NCBI GenBank assembly: GCA_032718475.1
Contig: JAUCBJ010003650.1
Location: 1 to 64,000, forward strand
Direction: 5' to 3'
Length of the DNA stretch: 64,000 bases
Source: Nemertoderma westbladi
Taxonomy: Eukaryota > Animalia > Xenacoelomorpha
The notes beneath the pieces are model-generated. The model ran no database searches. It saw only the letters and a program-made list of their open reading frames with translations, and was not told the origin of the DNA. Position 1 is the first letter of the stretch, and each line of letters opens with the position of its first letter. This document shows positions 12,411-24,097 of the stretch, one piece after another. Made by a program: the position numbers and the translations under genes.

Positions 12411-13518
12411 TTTTTCGTATGGTATTTTTAATACAAGTGTTAATAAAAAAATTTCAAAATAATACTAGAATAAAACTATGTTTTATTTCTTTTATTCTCT
12501 CACTAGAATGTCTTATAGGCAAGATTAGAGTTCTCCTCACAAGTTTATTTAAACTGTAATTATATTATATTTTCTGTGGACTTTTTATCATTATTCTACA
12601 GTTAATTACAATGTGATTAACGATCCTCCTGTCTTACACATTTTATTGACATAATAAAACTGTAAGCTGTAACCTAATTTATACATCAATTTTGAGAAAA
12701 AAAAATTTAAAGAAATAAGTGGTGTTATCTATGGTTTGACTCCGTTTTCGTATCGTATCCTGTCCGTTAGCTAGTATGTTCAGTTCGTCTTCGTCCTACC
12801 TAGTTTTTTCCTGTAACCCTTTAAGAGGTCTACGTCATCTAATAGTTGTAGAAATTTGGTATTCGCCCCACATCACCATGATCTGTCAGTGCTATCCTTA
12901 ACAATCAACTATAGATAATAGAACCACTGAGCACTATAAACTGAAACAAGATCGGAGAATTAATATATCGCCTCAATGTAAAATTACCAACTAAGGGAAA
13001 GGAACAGGTTTACAATGGCACGTTAATCTAACCGAAACAATAACCTAAATTCAATATTAGCAGCTTACAGTTTTATTTTTGGGAGTAATCAGCTGTTATT
13101 TGTGTCGAAAGTCTCCCCCTTATCTGTAAAACGCGCAATAATCTTATAAAGTGCTAGATTATAATACATGTTATAAAGATGACTTGATATAAATAATTAA
13201 AATAACGTAATAATATATTATTAACTATAAATATAAAATATACAGTTTTATTGGTGTACCTTAGATTTAATAACTAAGTCGGATTATGGTCAACTGCATT
13301 ATTTATTAAAAAAAAACTCTTCTAAAACAGTTTAAACAATCCGAAAACAACCAAAGTCTGGGCCCACCGTCTTGTATCGATTGTTTCCAACCGATGAGTC
13401 ATCAACCATGTGTGTTCGATCCACCATATACAGTCCACCGGATCAAAGCTGATCGTCTGTGACTGGACTGTGGTTGCTAAGAGATACGGTCCTGGTCTAT
13501 GCAGCGTATTCGGCCTGG

Positions 13519-14745
13519 TTATTCTGCCGCTCCGCTGGGCGCTGGCGACGCCGCCGACACTGAATCCGACGACGGACAGGAGCTCATCCAATGTCCGACC
13601 TTCCCACACTTAAAACATTCGTTCTGCTGTCGTTTCTTCCACATCTTCCGCTTATAAGCCGAACCTTTTACTACGAATTTTTTCTTAGTATACGATTTTC
13701 TCTTCATATTAATGCGAACGAAGTTATTCTCTTCTTTATTATTTTTCCTCGACGAACACACTTTGGAGGACTCGCCCCCGCTATTCTTTCTCTTCCGGGA
13801 GGCTGTCTTTGTTCCTCCCTCCACCCCCTTCCCACCCACTAAACGAGACGGCGAAACATTTCCTTCCAATTGATCGCTATTAGAATCTCGAGAGAAAGTT
13901 TCACTGAACCCCGAAAGAGTAACGGCAGAATCGCAGTTCACATTGTTTGATTTATTATAAGTATCCGAAATTGTGGGTCCTGGGGAACCGAACGTAAACG
14001 CAATATCCGAGTTGGGTGAGCAGCCAGACAGCCAATCCGGGGATAAACCTACCGGGACTGATAACTTCCTACTCCGTTGCCCCCGGGACAACGGGACGAA
14101 TCCTTCGCGATGAGTCGGGGTTACTGTTAAGATTGTGAATCCTCTCTGGGAGCCACAGCGGAGGTTATGTGGGGCGTAGTTACCGGTTGGTTTAGTGGGG
14201 GAGGAGGGTTTAGACCTATTTGTTACGTAGTTACCGTTTGGTTTGGTGGGGGATGAGGGTTTATTTGTTACGTAGTTACCGGTTGGCTTGGTGGGGGAGG
14301 AGGGTTTATTTGTTCCATTGTTATCCGCGGCTTGGTTTGTTACATCATTACAAGAGGGTTTGAGGTTTGTTATATTGTGAAGAACGTTTTCTTTTGTTTC
14401 CTTTTCATTGACGAGTTTGTTTGTTCTGGAATATGGTTTTGTTTCAGTGTTACTAGCAGATTGTCTGGGAACTAGTTTAGGGTTTTCGTCAGAATCGGCC
14501 GTTGAACACTCCACGCCAACACCTACAGGCTTTACTCGACTCAATGTAAATTTATTACCCAGCCCAGATGCAGATACAACTAGCGACCGGTTTATATTTG
14601 CCCTTTTAACTATGCGAGGCGGTGGTTCACCGCTTGGCGTTTCCTTCCTATTTTTAAGGGCACCAAGACAACTCACCCAGCCACCGACAGAGGGATTTAC
14701 TTCCGGTGTCGATTTCTCTTTCGATGATTTTCCTTTAGTTTTCAT
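13519..14745 (-). CDS. RECQL4-like: RecQ4 N-terminal-region (Sld2-like) protein with a zinc knuckle and no helicase; ~408 aa from the first ATG
   Basis: Motifs in RECQL4 order: LSPDWLSGC (cf. LDPGWLQRC), NNFVRINMKRKSY (cf. NYVRLNMK), YKRKMWKK, and CCHC knuckle CFKCGKVGHWMSSC. A stop follows 17 aa later, then AATAAA at ~13305 (minus strand). An upstream exon through the TTAG acceptor at 14776-14779 cannot be excluded. Confidence 0.78.
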   Translation of the reverse strand: MKTKGKSSKEKSTPEVNPSVGGWVSCLGALKNRKETPSGEPPPRIVKRANINRSLVVSASGLGNKFTLSRVKPVGVGVECSTADSDENPKLVPRQSASNTETKPYSRTNKLVNEKETKENVLHNITNLKPSCNDVTNQAADNNGTNKPSSPTKPTGNYVTNKPSSPTKPNGNYVTNRSKPSSPTKPTGNYAPHNLRCGSQRGFTILTVTPTHREGFVPLSRGQRSRKLSVPVGLSPDWLSGCSPNSDIAFTFGSPGPTISDTYNKSNNVNCDSAVTLSGFSETFSRDSNSDQLEGNVSPSRLVGGKGVEGGTKTASRKRKNSGGESSKVCSSRKNNKEENNFVRINMKRKSYTKKKFVVKGSAYKRKMWKKRQQNECFKCGKVGHWMSSCPSSDSVSAASPAPSGAAE

Positions 14746-16392
14746 GGTAACGGTATTGAATTTTGAAAGCGCCACCTAACTGCCTAACAACCACGAATCA
14801 CGAAATCGGTAGATCCTAGCAGTACCAGTAATCCAGGCTACGTTAGTTAGATAATGGAGAGGGTACAGGTACAGATTGTTTTTAAATCATCGGAAGTTGA
14901 TTTAGTCCAACACAAATCAGCAATAACCAGATAACAGTATTATAGCATAGCAAGCAAGACAGACTGTTATATTGTTAGGAGCGCCATCTGAGTTTATACT
15001 GTTAGTAGCATAGTAGGCCTAGTTCAGTAGTTATCAGACTCTGTTTCTCTGGGTCAGGTCAGACTATCTTCACACGCGAAAGATCAAAGAGCAGAAGAGT
15101 CCATTCAAATTGGAAAATAATATGCTCTTCTATCTAGTTAGTTATCAAGTTATAAACTGATAAAGGCAGTTAGTTATCTTTCTATAAAATTACCGTACTC
15201 TGACCTAGGAATTGTCATCAGACAGACAGACCGACGAATAATACTGTAATAGCTTAAAGCTATTATTCTGCTATTATTTTTTTTAGGTCTGCGGTATTAT
15301 AAAGTTATACATAAGTTGATTTATATAACAAAAGATAATAAACAGAACATTTTATTTCTACTATATCCCTGCTGTGCTATCTCATACCGGTAACCTATAA
15401 ACAATAAAATCAGAAAATAATAACGAGGCCGATGCTTTCACATAGCAGTGGCACAGTCCATAGTCCAGTAGTCACCAACATCGTAGGCCTACACAAGGGA
15501 AGTATGTTCTCTATACAGCTGTAAGCCAGTAGGCAGATTGTAGTTTGGTAGGCCTATACTGCTATAGCAACCGTGCACGCACAGGTATTGTGCCCGGTAG
15601 CTTAAAGCAATGCACAATGTGATTGCTGAAGCAGTACAAACCCATCCATCCTTATCTCTCTACTCAATAGAGGTAGAGTAACACTTGTTTCTAACACACC
15701 GCTCATTGAAGCTAGCTATTTGTTATTAACAATCATTTTATTTTTATTAATTTCACCATTTGACTGCAATGAAGCCTGGCGCCTATACATAACAATGACA
15801 TGACAAGTAGTGCGTGTTACTTTATTAATCTCAGGGATATATGCTCGCAATAGTAGTACATTACGTCGCGGTTTGGTAGACACAATCAATGGAGCCAAAA
15901 ACGCCTTCTAATAAAACCCACTAGTCAAACTAAAACTAGTCAAACTGATACTATTAGCATTAATGCTGAAAACGTAATTAAAATTGTTTTTCTTACTTTA
16001 ATAATTTTTAATTTATTATTCTTAATTATTCATTCATTTTATTAACCTAATTTGTTTTAAATTGTTTTTACTAATTTATTTTAAATTATTTTTCTTAATT
16101 TAATAACAAATGTTTTGCCCATTAATTCAATACAATAAAAGTATAGTAGAATCTCATTAGAAAAGTTCGTATTACAGTAAAAAATCCATCCACAAGTTAA
16201 AAACAAATTTAAATTCGCAATGCATTGTTGAATTAATTTTGTTCAATACAATATATTTTATTGTATTTTGTGTTATTTCAGTAACAAAAGAATAAGTTGT
16301 AATGTAATTGATATAATAATATCCCGTTACAAATTTACAAACAACTACGTTCTTCTAATGGACGACTAACTAATGCGACGCAATATAAAGAA

Positions 16393-16620
16393 ATGAAAAA
16401 TATATTCGGATTGACTTTAGTTATACTTGTAGCTTCACCGTCATTGGTTTCTATTTACTGCAGCGATATACCCTGGGAAATACAGACAACGCCCGAAACA
16501 ACTGACACACCGTCAACTACGTCTGCACCTAGCTCGACACCCACAACCAGTATAATACCAACGACAACGACAAAAGACCGTGGATCAGCTACAGAAATGG
16601 GATTATCCCAAAATCACAAG
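16393..16620 (+). CDS. Exon 1 of a class-B-like GPCR: signal peptide plus Ser/Thr/Pro mucin-like stalk
   Basis: MKNIFGLTLVILVASPSLVSIYC followed by TTPETTDTPSTTSAPSSTPTTS. Donor AAG|GTAAGA at 16620/16621, phase 0. Confidence 0.8.
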
Positions 16621-17128
16621 GTAAGAAAAGGATACCGACAAAGGGAGGTATTTACAATATAAATAATTACTTTTATATTATTTGAAATAATAGATGCTAA
16701 GACAAAATAAAATTCGTAAAATCACACATCAAATATTCTACGTTTCTGGTTAAAAGAGTCGAAGGATCAAAAAAATTAAAGAGTCGAAAGGGAAAGAGTC
16801 GATATGATTTAGTTTTTATTAATGAATTAATAATTGCAAAATGCCTACGCGCATTATGTAACTAATAGATTACTTCAAGGCATGATATTTATTCGAATAC
16901 CTCATTACTAGAAGACTCCCATTGCAGAAAAACCAATGAATTCAGATTAAAAAGAGCATTTTTTGGCTCAATAAACACGGTATCCAATAGAATCCGGTCA
17001 ACCAATCAATATTTTCACACGACATGAATGACCAACAATAACTTAAAATTGTTATAAAATGCTCTGGAATATACATTTAATCCTGATTATACGTCAAAAA
17101 TTATAACAATTATATATTTTTTTTCTAG

Positions 17129-18151
17129 GATTGCAATTCCTCCTCTGAAAATGCTCTAGAAATTAAAGTGAATTTGAAGGTTTACTTCCATCACTCGGCT
17201 TCCAAACTATTAGAAGACGCCCTACCATACTACACGTTGGTTCTAGAAACTTTCAGTTCGGTATGCTGTTTGGCTCTTCTCGTTATGTATTCAATGGTAG
17301 AGAAATTACGGTCTTTGCCAGGAAAATTAATAATGAATCTCTCCATTGCGTACATATTATACTATTCAGCAGACATCCTCTGGATGGCGTTAAATATCCA
17401 CCAACCACAAAGTTGCACCGTTCCACTAATGTACGTACGATATACCTTGTTTTTGGTTGTATTTGTATCCACTTTTACTACCGGTTACTCCAGTCTGTGT
17501 GTGCGTCGACGTGTTAATAGCCGCACTCCTTCTAAAACTACTAACTGGCGTCTCTTTATATACCTTGTCGTATCTTGGCTAATCCCAACTGTTGGGACAA
17601 TTACATTCGCGGTTCTAGATTCCTTAAAAACTATTTATCGTCTAGAAGGCGTTAGTCGATTCTTTAATTGGAAGGCGAGTTGCTGCCAAATATCTCAAGA
17701 TTTCAGACAAATGGAGTTGGCCATTCACGGTGGCCCTTTAGTAGTGGGCGTGGCACTTCTACTAGGCCTCCTATTGGCTACAACATACGCGGAGAAAACA
17801 AAGAAAACTCGACGTTTTAGTGTGGTGCGGTTTAATCTCACCGAATCGCCAGTACTCCACCCGAGACTGCACAAATTAATCCTGTTATTCTCGGCTTTAG
17901 CATGGGGTCTACTTATACCCCTACAGTTCGTCAACAAGGACTATCTGATACTGACCCTAACCCTAAAGTATCTACACGTGTTTACCTTGGCGATTGTTGC
18001 TATCACAATTATGGCGATTGCTTTCGCAAAGGGGACCAGGAATTTATATATAGAGCAGAAAGAAAAGCATCGCAATAACTCCATCTCCATGGTTACTGTG
18101 CTCAACGGTCACACTTCTACGTACAATGACTTTTATTCTTCAATTCAATGA
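17129..18151 (+). CDS. Exon 2 of a Methuselah-like/adhesion-like 7TM receptor (spliced protein ~416 aa)
   Basis: Acceptor TTTTTTCTAG|GAT at 17128/17129 is phase 0 and in frame with the ORF. There are seven hydrophobic segments; SSVCCLALLVMYSMVEKLRSLPGKLIMNLSIAY matches the Mth-like TM1-ICL1-TM2 signature; YLVVSWLIP and GP.V motifs are present. Confidence 0.85.
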   Translation, partial: DCNSSSENALEIKVNLKVYFHHSASKLLEDALPYYTLVLETFSSVCCLALLVMYSMVEKLRSLPGKLIMNLSIAYILYYSADILWMALNIHQPQSCTVPLMYVRYTLFLVVFVSTFTTGYSSLCVRRRVNSRTPSKTTNWRLFIYLVVSWLIPTVGTITFAVLDSLKTIYRLEGVSRFFNWKASCCQISQDFRQMELAIHGGPLVVGVALLLGLLLATTYAEKTKKTRRFSVVRFNLTESPVLHPRLHKLILLFSALAWGLLIPLQFVNKDYLILTLTLKYLHVFTLAIVAITIMAIAFAKGTRNLYIEQKEKHRNNSISMVTVLNGHTSTYNDFYSSIQ

Positions 18152-18660
18152 GATTGAATTAATTCAACATAACTGAAAACTAATTTATTCAGATTCAACT
18201 ATAAACATTATGTTAAATGTATGATCACTTATGTAAGGCTTATTGGAATGAATAATTGACATTATAAATTGTTAATTTATTAGATAATTTCCCAGAATAT
18301 TAAGACAAATTGACAAAATGAACAAACTACTGGCCTGTAGGGATATGTAGACCTACCTTTTTTAAATCTCCTATCTCCAACTCTTTAACATATAAAAATT
18401 ACAGTTAGTAACTCACACAGTACACCATGCCCCGGAGGAATATGTCATATTCCCCACCCCCAGCCCACCCAAATTATTCTACAAAAATCGTAACTTGAGA
18501 TGCCATGCATTATGCAACAGAGATAGTTTCACCTCCGTCTTCCTCCGTGGGTGAGCCAGAATTTTTATTTTCCATTTGATTATTTCGCTACAAATACAAT
18601 CGTTAAATATGAATAAGATTGATAAAAGGATGTTTTATGTATTAGATATTTTTTAAGGAA

Positions 18661-19667
18661 TCGATTCAGTCTCTCGCTCACGTAATATGTTCAGCATACT
18701 TTCAATATATGGGATTCCAGATGAAATTATTGCAGCAATCAGATCAGTATACGATGGTTCGACAACATTTGTGTCTACTGTTGATGGTGATTGGTGACAC
18801 ATAACCAAGTATTATGGGGCGTCCTCCAGGGAGACACACTTGCACCATTCTTGTTCATAATTGTGGTTGACTATGTTCTAAGCATGTCCTTAGATCATCG
18901 TAATGATGATGTGGTGATGGTAACTCCACCTACTAGCTCCAGAAGTCAAGGAAATACTGCAAAGTACCTAACTGATCTATACTTTGCTGATGACTTAGTG
19001 GTTCTGATGAATCAGAACCACTAGAGGGAGCCCAACGGCTCCTCAGCTCATTAGTACATGCTGCTTCTAGTGTTGGTCTTTTTGTTAACTCTAAAAATAC
19101 CAGAATTTTGACTGTTAACTTTGAAAGTCCTCAGCAAATCTCTGATCGGATGAGCATAAGCTCAAAGGATGGTATGCTTGAGCATGTGGACGACTTCTGT
19201 TACCTGGGATCATGGATCCGAAGTCAGGTGAGGACCTTCGAATACGTAAGGGAAAGGCATGGGAAGCATTGAATGGGCTTTCCAGGATTTGGAAGTCACA
19301 TAGAATTCATCGGAAACTTAATAGCTTTATTTAGAGCAGCAGCAGTTCCAGTACTCATCTATGGGAGTCCATGCTTGGCTCTAACTGCTGAGGACACCAA
19401 ATCTCTGGATGGCCTATTCACAAGAATGCTACGCCGGGATACACTGTGTCAAGTGCAATGCACACATCTCCAAGCAGACACTATATAACATTGGAGGTAT
19501 ATCCTAGGTTTCCCCAAGCTTGACACTAGAATAATGTCGCATCTGCTTCCAGGACATTGTTTTCGCCGTGAGGACCAGCCTGTGTACAATATTGTGGATT
19601 GGCAGCAATTTGGAGAAAATTAGCATGTTGGACAGCCCATGACTTTCTTACGCATCTTAAAGGACAC
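18661..19667 (+). mobile_element. Decayed RTE-clade LINE fragment, truncated at both ends
   Basis: GVLQGDTLAPFLFIIVVDY...YLTDLYFADD...LIYGSPC, with frameshifts. Same family as 39432-40387, more diverged, and lacking the (TAG)n tail. Confidence 0.92.
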
Positions 19668-20767
19668 ATAATGTAGCACATCTCAACGTGCAGTTTCAAT
19701 GCATCAGGCCGATTAAGGTAGTTAGCGGTAGTAGACTAGTAGGAATGATGACAATTTTCGTTGAGTTTCATTCATTTTTGTTGTTGTTGAACAAATAAAA
19801 ATGGTAATTATCTTAAATGTCGGGGTGGTTTGAATTAAACTTAAAACATTTGTATCTCAGAATGACCCTTTTTCACGAGAGCGACTATTTTACTTTTCAG
19901 CCAATTTTTACTGAAATTTGTTGAAATTTGGTAGACTTGTTCAGAATACTATTGTCAATAAAACTTCAGAACAAATTTCACTAAAATTACCCAGGAGCCT
20001 CTTCGGAACAAAAAGGCCCACAAAAGACCTTATTGCGGGACCTTTTAGTTCTAAAATGTCCCCAAGTCTATTTTTTGGTTCACAAGTATTGGATGCAGAG
20101 GCTCTCTGAACCAATATTGAAGATTCCAACAAATATTCGAATTTTGGGGCCAATTTTAAAATATTTGGTTTCGTTAAATATTCTTAAACCCCCAACGATG
20201 TTTAGTAGGATGAAAATAACTTTCACCCAATATTACAGTACAGCCCCGGACACCAAAACGTGAAGTTCAATTATATTATGTGAATTAATTAAAGGTAAAA
20301 CCAAATATTTAATTACTTCGCGCACGTCACTTTGTGGTGCATTTAATAACACATTAAATTTATCAAACTTTCGGAAAAGAACTTATGAATTAATTCTTAA
20401 ATAATTACAAATATTTAAGCATTATTTGGAAAATTGTACAACAATTCATATGGGATATGTTTGCTGAGACTTTTAGTATCAATAATAATTGAGGTTCGCA
20501 TAATTTGGACTCATTCAATACGAGTTTGTATAAAAGTTTCACTGGAAAAATCAATCAAACAGGAAACCAAATGCTAGTTGAGTTGATGAGAGATGATTTC
20601 GTCAGTTAATATTTATTTCAGAACGCGATGAAAGGATATTCCGGAGACAAACTGAAACGCATCACTGAAAACTTAAATAAAAATGAAACCATCTGAAAAT
20701 TAAAACTGAAAGTAAAATACCAATAAAATTGATGCGAACTGTTAATGTTAAGGCTATTAGTAGCGGG

Positions 20768-22900
20768 TTATTGTATTGGGAAGCAATCCTTAAGGCGCAG
20801 AGCCGGCGTTAGTAACTTAGGGAGATCGTCGGGGGACAGAGAGAGAATAATTCGGTTTACTGAGTCCCGGAGATCGAACCAGTCGGACTCGGTGGGACCG
20901 CGGGGCGACTCGCTCGATACGGCGTCGCCGTGACGAACAATAACGCAGAGGAGGGTCAGCACGAATGGGTTCCTAACTACGTCGCTAGATGGCAGACAAT
21001 CGTAGAGGAGTTTCAACAACTCAATGAGCTGGTCGAGTTCCGCGTTCTCCACAACGTGAAGGAACGCGGGGAATAACGAAGGGAGAAAGTTCCCGTCCCG
21101 ATCACGAGACATTATGGGAAGGAGATGGACAAGGACGAGCGTAGCGAGTCGATGGGCGTCCGGACGAGGCAACCGTGACATAACCCGGTGTAGAAGTCGC
21201 CGTCCTTTAGGTACGCCGACACACATCGCGAAACCGGAATCGCACACTATAGAATCCCGTAAACCAACCAGTAACTCCTCTCTTCGCTCTTCCACCCCTG
21301 TCCTCCCGTCCGTCTCCTCCAACTCGAGCGCGGCAACGTACCCCGCCTCTATGAGCTTCAAGGCTGCCCTGTGGTCCCGATAGAGACCCACCATTGTGGC
21401 GCGGTCTGCGGCACCCTCCTGCACCCCGGGGGACGGACTCCGTCGCTCCACCAACGCGTCGATTATCCGTCGGGGTTCCGTGATACTCGCCGCGGTTATC
21501 TTCCCGAGGGTCGCCGCGTACTGCGGCGGCGCGTAGGGCCGCGAGCCGCGCGGGGGCGTGGCGAACACGCGCCCCGGCGCGCCCCTACGGCGCGACAACT
21601 CCTGGCAGTAGTAATCCCCGGTGAGGGACTCCTCGATCTGTCTCTTCTGGATCCGGTAGATGTAGTCCTTCTCAGAGTCGCTCATGAACCCGGCGTGGGG
21701 GTCATGAGCGACTGGGGGCGCCCCCCCTCGGCCGTTGAGGTGCGGACGGGGGGGCTGAAGGGGCGGCCCCCCACGCTGTAGGTACCGGGTGTGGTTCCCG
21801 TGGTGGACCGGTGGGGGGCGTACAGGCGCGCCGAGGTAAAAAGGTTCGGGTGTCGCTCCAATCGGATAAGGGCCGCCCGACAGCTGTTGGGCACCCAGTT
21901 GCTGCTGTTGGGCGCCCGGCAGCTGTTGGGCACCCAGTTGCTGCTGTTGGGCGCCCGGCTGCTGTTGGGCGCCCAGCTGCTGTTGGGCACCCAATACCCT
22001 TTGTACCGGCGTCCCCCGCAACACATCCGGATTTTCTCCCACCATCGGCGGAAGTTCTCGCGTCTCCGACAGCCGCCGGTCGATAACCTCCCGACCCGGT
22101 ACCGGCACCGCACTAACGGGACTCTCAGACGCGACAGCAGTCCACGCGGTCCCATTCTCGGCACTGAAAGACGCCGATTGGGAGACCAACGTGGAGTGTA
22201 GGAAACTGGGGGGCGGCCGGGGGAGGTGGCGGGGGCTCGGGAGTCCGTCGGGGTAGACAACCCCGGGGGTCCTGGGGGGGCTACCCACCGATGTCCCTAG
22301 CAACCGGCCTTCCAACTCCTCCACGGTCACCGGATGGGAGGCGAGCCGCGGACCCGGGGATACAAATTCCATCGCGGGCAACAAACCTTTGTCGTCATGG
22401 TAACCAGGTAACAACTCGATGTTGTCATGGTAACTAGGTAAAAGTTCGTTGCTGTCATGGTAACCAGTTAAGAACTCGTTGTCGTCACGGAAACCAGGCA
22501 GCATCCCTCCTCCCTCCCCCGGCGCGGCGCTCCATATGCTCCGTTCCGTAGGCGACCCGATGATGTCGAGATCGAACAACCCCGGCGGCGACACTGAGAG
22601 ATCCGCGTAACCCAACTCGGAGGTTCGTTGTCTCGGTTTGTTTATCGGTTGTCCGCCTTTCTCCTCGAATAGACCCAAATCGTCGTCGACCAGCTGTGAG
22701 ACATTTTGTTCCATAAACTCCTGGTAGGGGGAGACGTACCGGGGTGGTTGCGGAGGAGTTCCATCCCGGAAACCTCCGCCATCGAAGAAATCGAACTCCT
22801 CAAGTTCCTCATCCACGTCGCCACCGAATGTCACATCATTGACTCGATCCATCCTGGACCGATTTTTTCCCCGCTTGGTGTTATTATGATAATAACTCAT
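20768..22900 (-). CDS. PATL1: PAT1/PATL mRNA decapping activator, intronless, 710 aa
   Basis: N-terminal NDVTFG (NDxTFG, DDX6-binding region) with FDFF; Pro/Gln-rich middle; GFMSDSEKDYIYRIQ..I....DYY; LGKI...S...PRRII; IEAGY..LELE; KGRRLL.R helical PatC domain. Confidence 0.92.
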   Translation of the reverse strand: MSYYHNNTKRGKNRSRMDRVNDVTFGGDVDEELEEFDFFDGGGFRDGTPPQPPRYVSPYQEFMEQNVSQLVDDDLGLFEEKGGQPINKPRQRTSELGYADLSVSPPGLFDLDIIGSPTERSIWSAAPGEGGGMLPGFRDDNEFLTGYHDSNELLPSYHDNIELLPGYHDDKGLLPAMEFVSPGPRLASHPVTVEELEGRLLGTSVGSPPRTPGVVYPDGLPSPRHLPRPPPSFLHSTLVSQSASFSAENGTAWTAVASESPVSAVPVPGREVIDRRLSETRELPPMVGENPDVLRGTPVQRVLGAQQQLGAQQQPGAQQQQLGAQQLPGAQQQQLGAQQLSGGPYPIGATPEPFYLGAPVRPPPVHHGNHTRYLQRGGPPLQPPRPHLNGRGGAPPVAHDPHAGFMSDSEKDYIYRIQKRQIEESLTGDYYCQELSRRRGAPGRVFATPPRGSRPYAPPQYAATLGKITAASITEPRRIIDALVERRSPSPGVQEGAADRATMVGLYRDHRAALKLIEAGYVAALELEETDGRTGVEERREELLVGLRDSIVCDSGFAMCVGVPKGRRLLHRVMSRLPRPDAHRLATLVLVHLLPIMSRDRDGNFLPSLFPAFLHVVENAELDQLIELLKLLYDCLPSSDVVRNPFVLTLLCVIVRHGDAVSSESPRGPTESDWFDLRDSVNRIILSLSPDDLPKLLTPALRLKDCFPIQ

Positions 22901-23325
22901 GTTTGTGTATTAATTATTAAAAGGCCCTACCTTGTACCTACCCTGCTGTCTGCTGGTCTTGCTGTCTTGGTCTGACTGATGACGTAATTATTGTAATACT
23001 TGAATAATACAATATGTAATGCTTTGGAGCTTTATTTTCTGGAATACCGCTGTACCAGTACTTGTAGTTACAGTTAGTAGTACGGGAAAGGTACCGGTAG
23101 TAGTTTATTGACAGAAGAACATAATAATAAATTTTCTGACTGAAACAAACAAAATTCACACCGCAAGGATAAGGTTCATTCAATACTAAATTACATGATA
23201 TAAGATCATATAAGAGCAATTAGCCTAACAGTCAGCCAGTAGGCCTACCTAAATAAATTTATTCATGATTTCAGTAAAATATAAAGTAAATGAATAAATA
23301 AGATATAACAACACAGTTTCAATTC

Positions 23326-23428
23326 AGAGCAACTTAGAACCATTGAAGGCACTTACTGACTTAAGAGCAACTTAGAATCATTGAAGGCACTTACTGACTT
23401 AAGAGCAACTTAGAAGCATTGAAGGCAC
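23326..23428. repeat. 38-bp tandem repeat, ~2.7 copies, upstream of PAT1
   Basis: AGAGCAACTTAGAAnCATTGAAGGCACTTACTGACTTA starting at 23326, 23364 and 23402. Confidence 0.9.
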
Positions 23429-24097
23429 AAATCCGTACATTAATATAATAAATATATTCATGATTTAAGTATCATAAAAAATAAATAAATATGTCAATAG
23501 TCCTATAAGTTAAATTATGTCATTAAATATGTTAAAATCTAACAGTGAGTTTTTATTAAATAATTAGGTACGACATATCTGACCAGAGAACAATAAATCG
23601 GTGTAAAAAAGAGAAGAAAAATATATATGACTGTATGAGGGGCGAATTTAATTGAGAATGGCAGTGTGGCCAGTGGCCGTTGTCATAATTGTTCTAAAAT
23701 CTTGAGACAAGTGTGTATGAATGGAATGGAGTCGTATTTCTGAACTTCGGACAATGAGGTTATGATAGGCATATGTTGGCCATCGTGTGGTGGTATGTGG
23801 AGTGGATTACAGGTTAATGGACAAACTGAGAAGACGTTTAGTTCAGTCTGTGTTAGTCCACTTGGACACCTCCGTTCGCTACGCTCTTACAACTCCATCG
23901 CCCTAACTCCACTGCCAGGTTCGTCGAAGTCAGTCGGGCGGAATCTCGTCCAAGATCTCCTGTGCAGTTCGTTATAATCAGTGATTTGTCTATAAATGTC
24001 TGGGGATTTGAGCTCCTGGTTACCTGGTTCATGGAATAATATAGTTTATGTCGAGTGGCAGAGTGGCTCTGCTTGCGATAGTGTTATGATGACGTGT

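Noticed and set aside
20745-22975. Several overlapping ORFs in the GC-rich block
   Set aside because: Alternate-frame or antisense shadows of PAT1.
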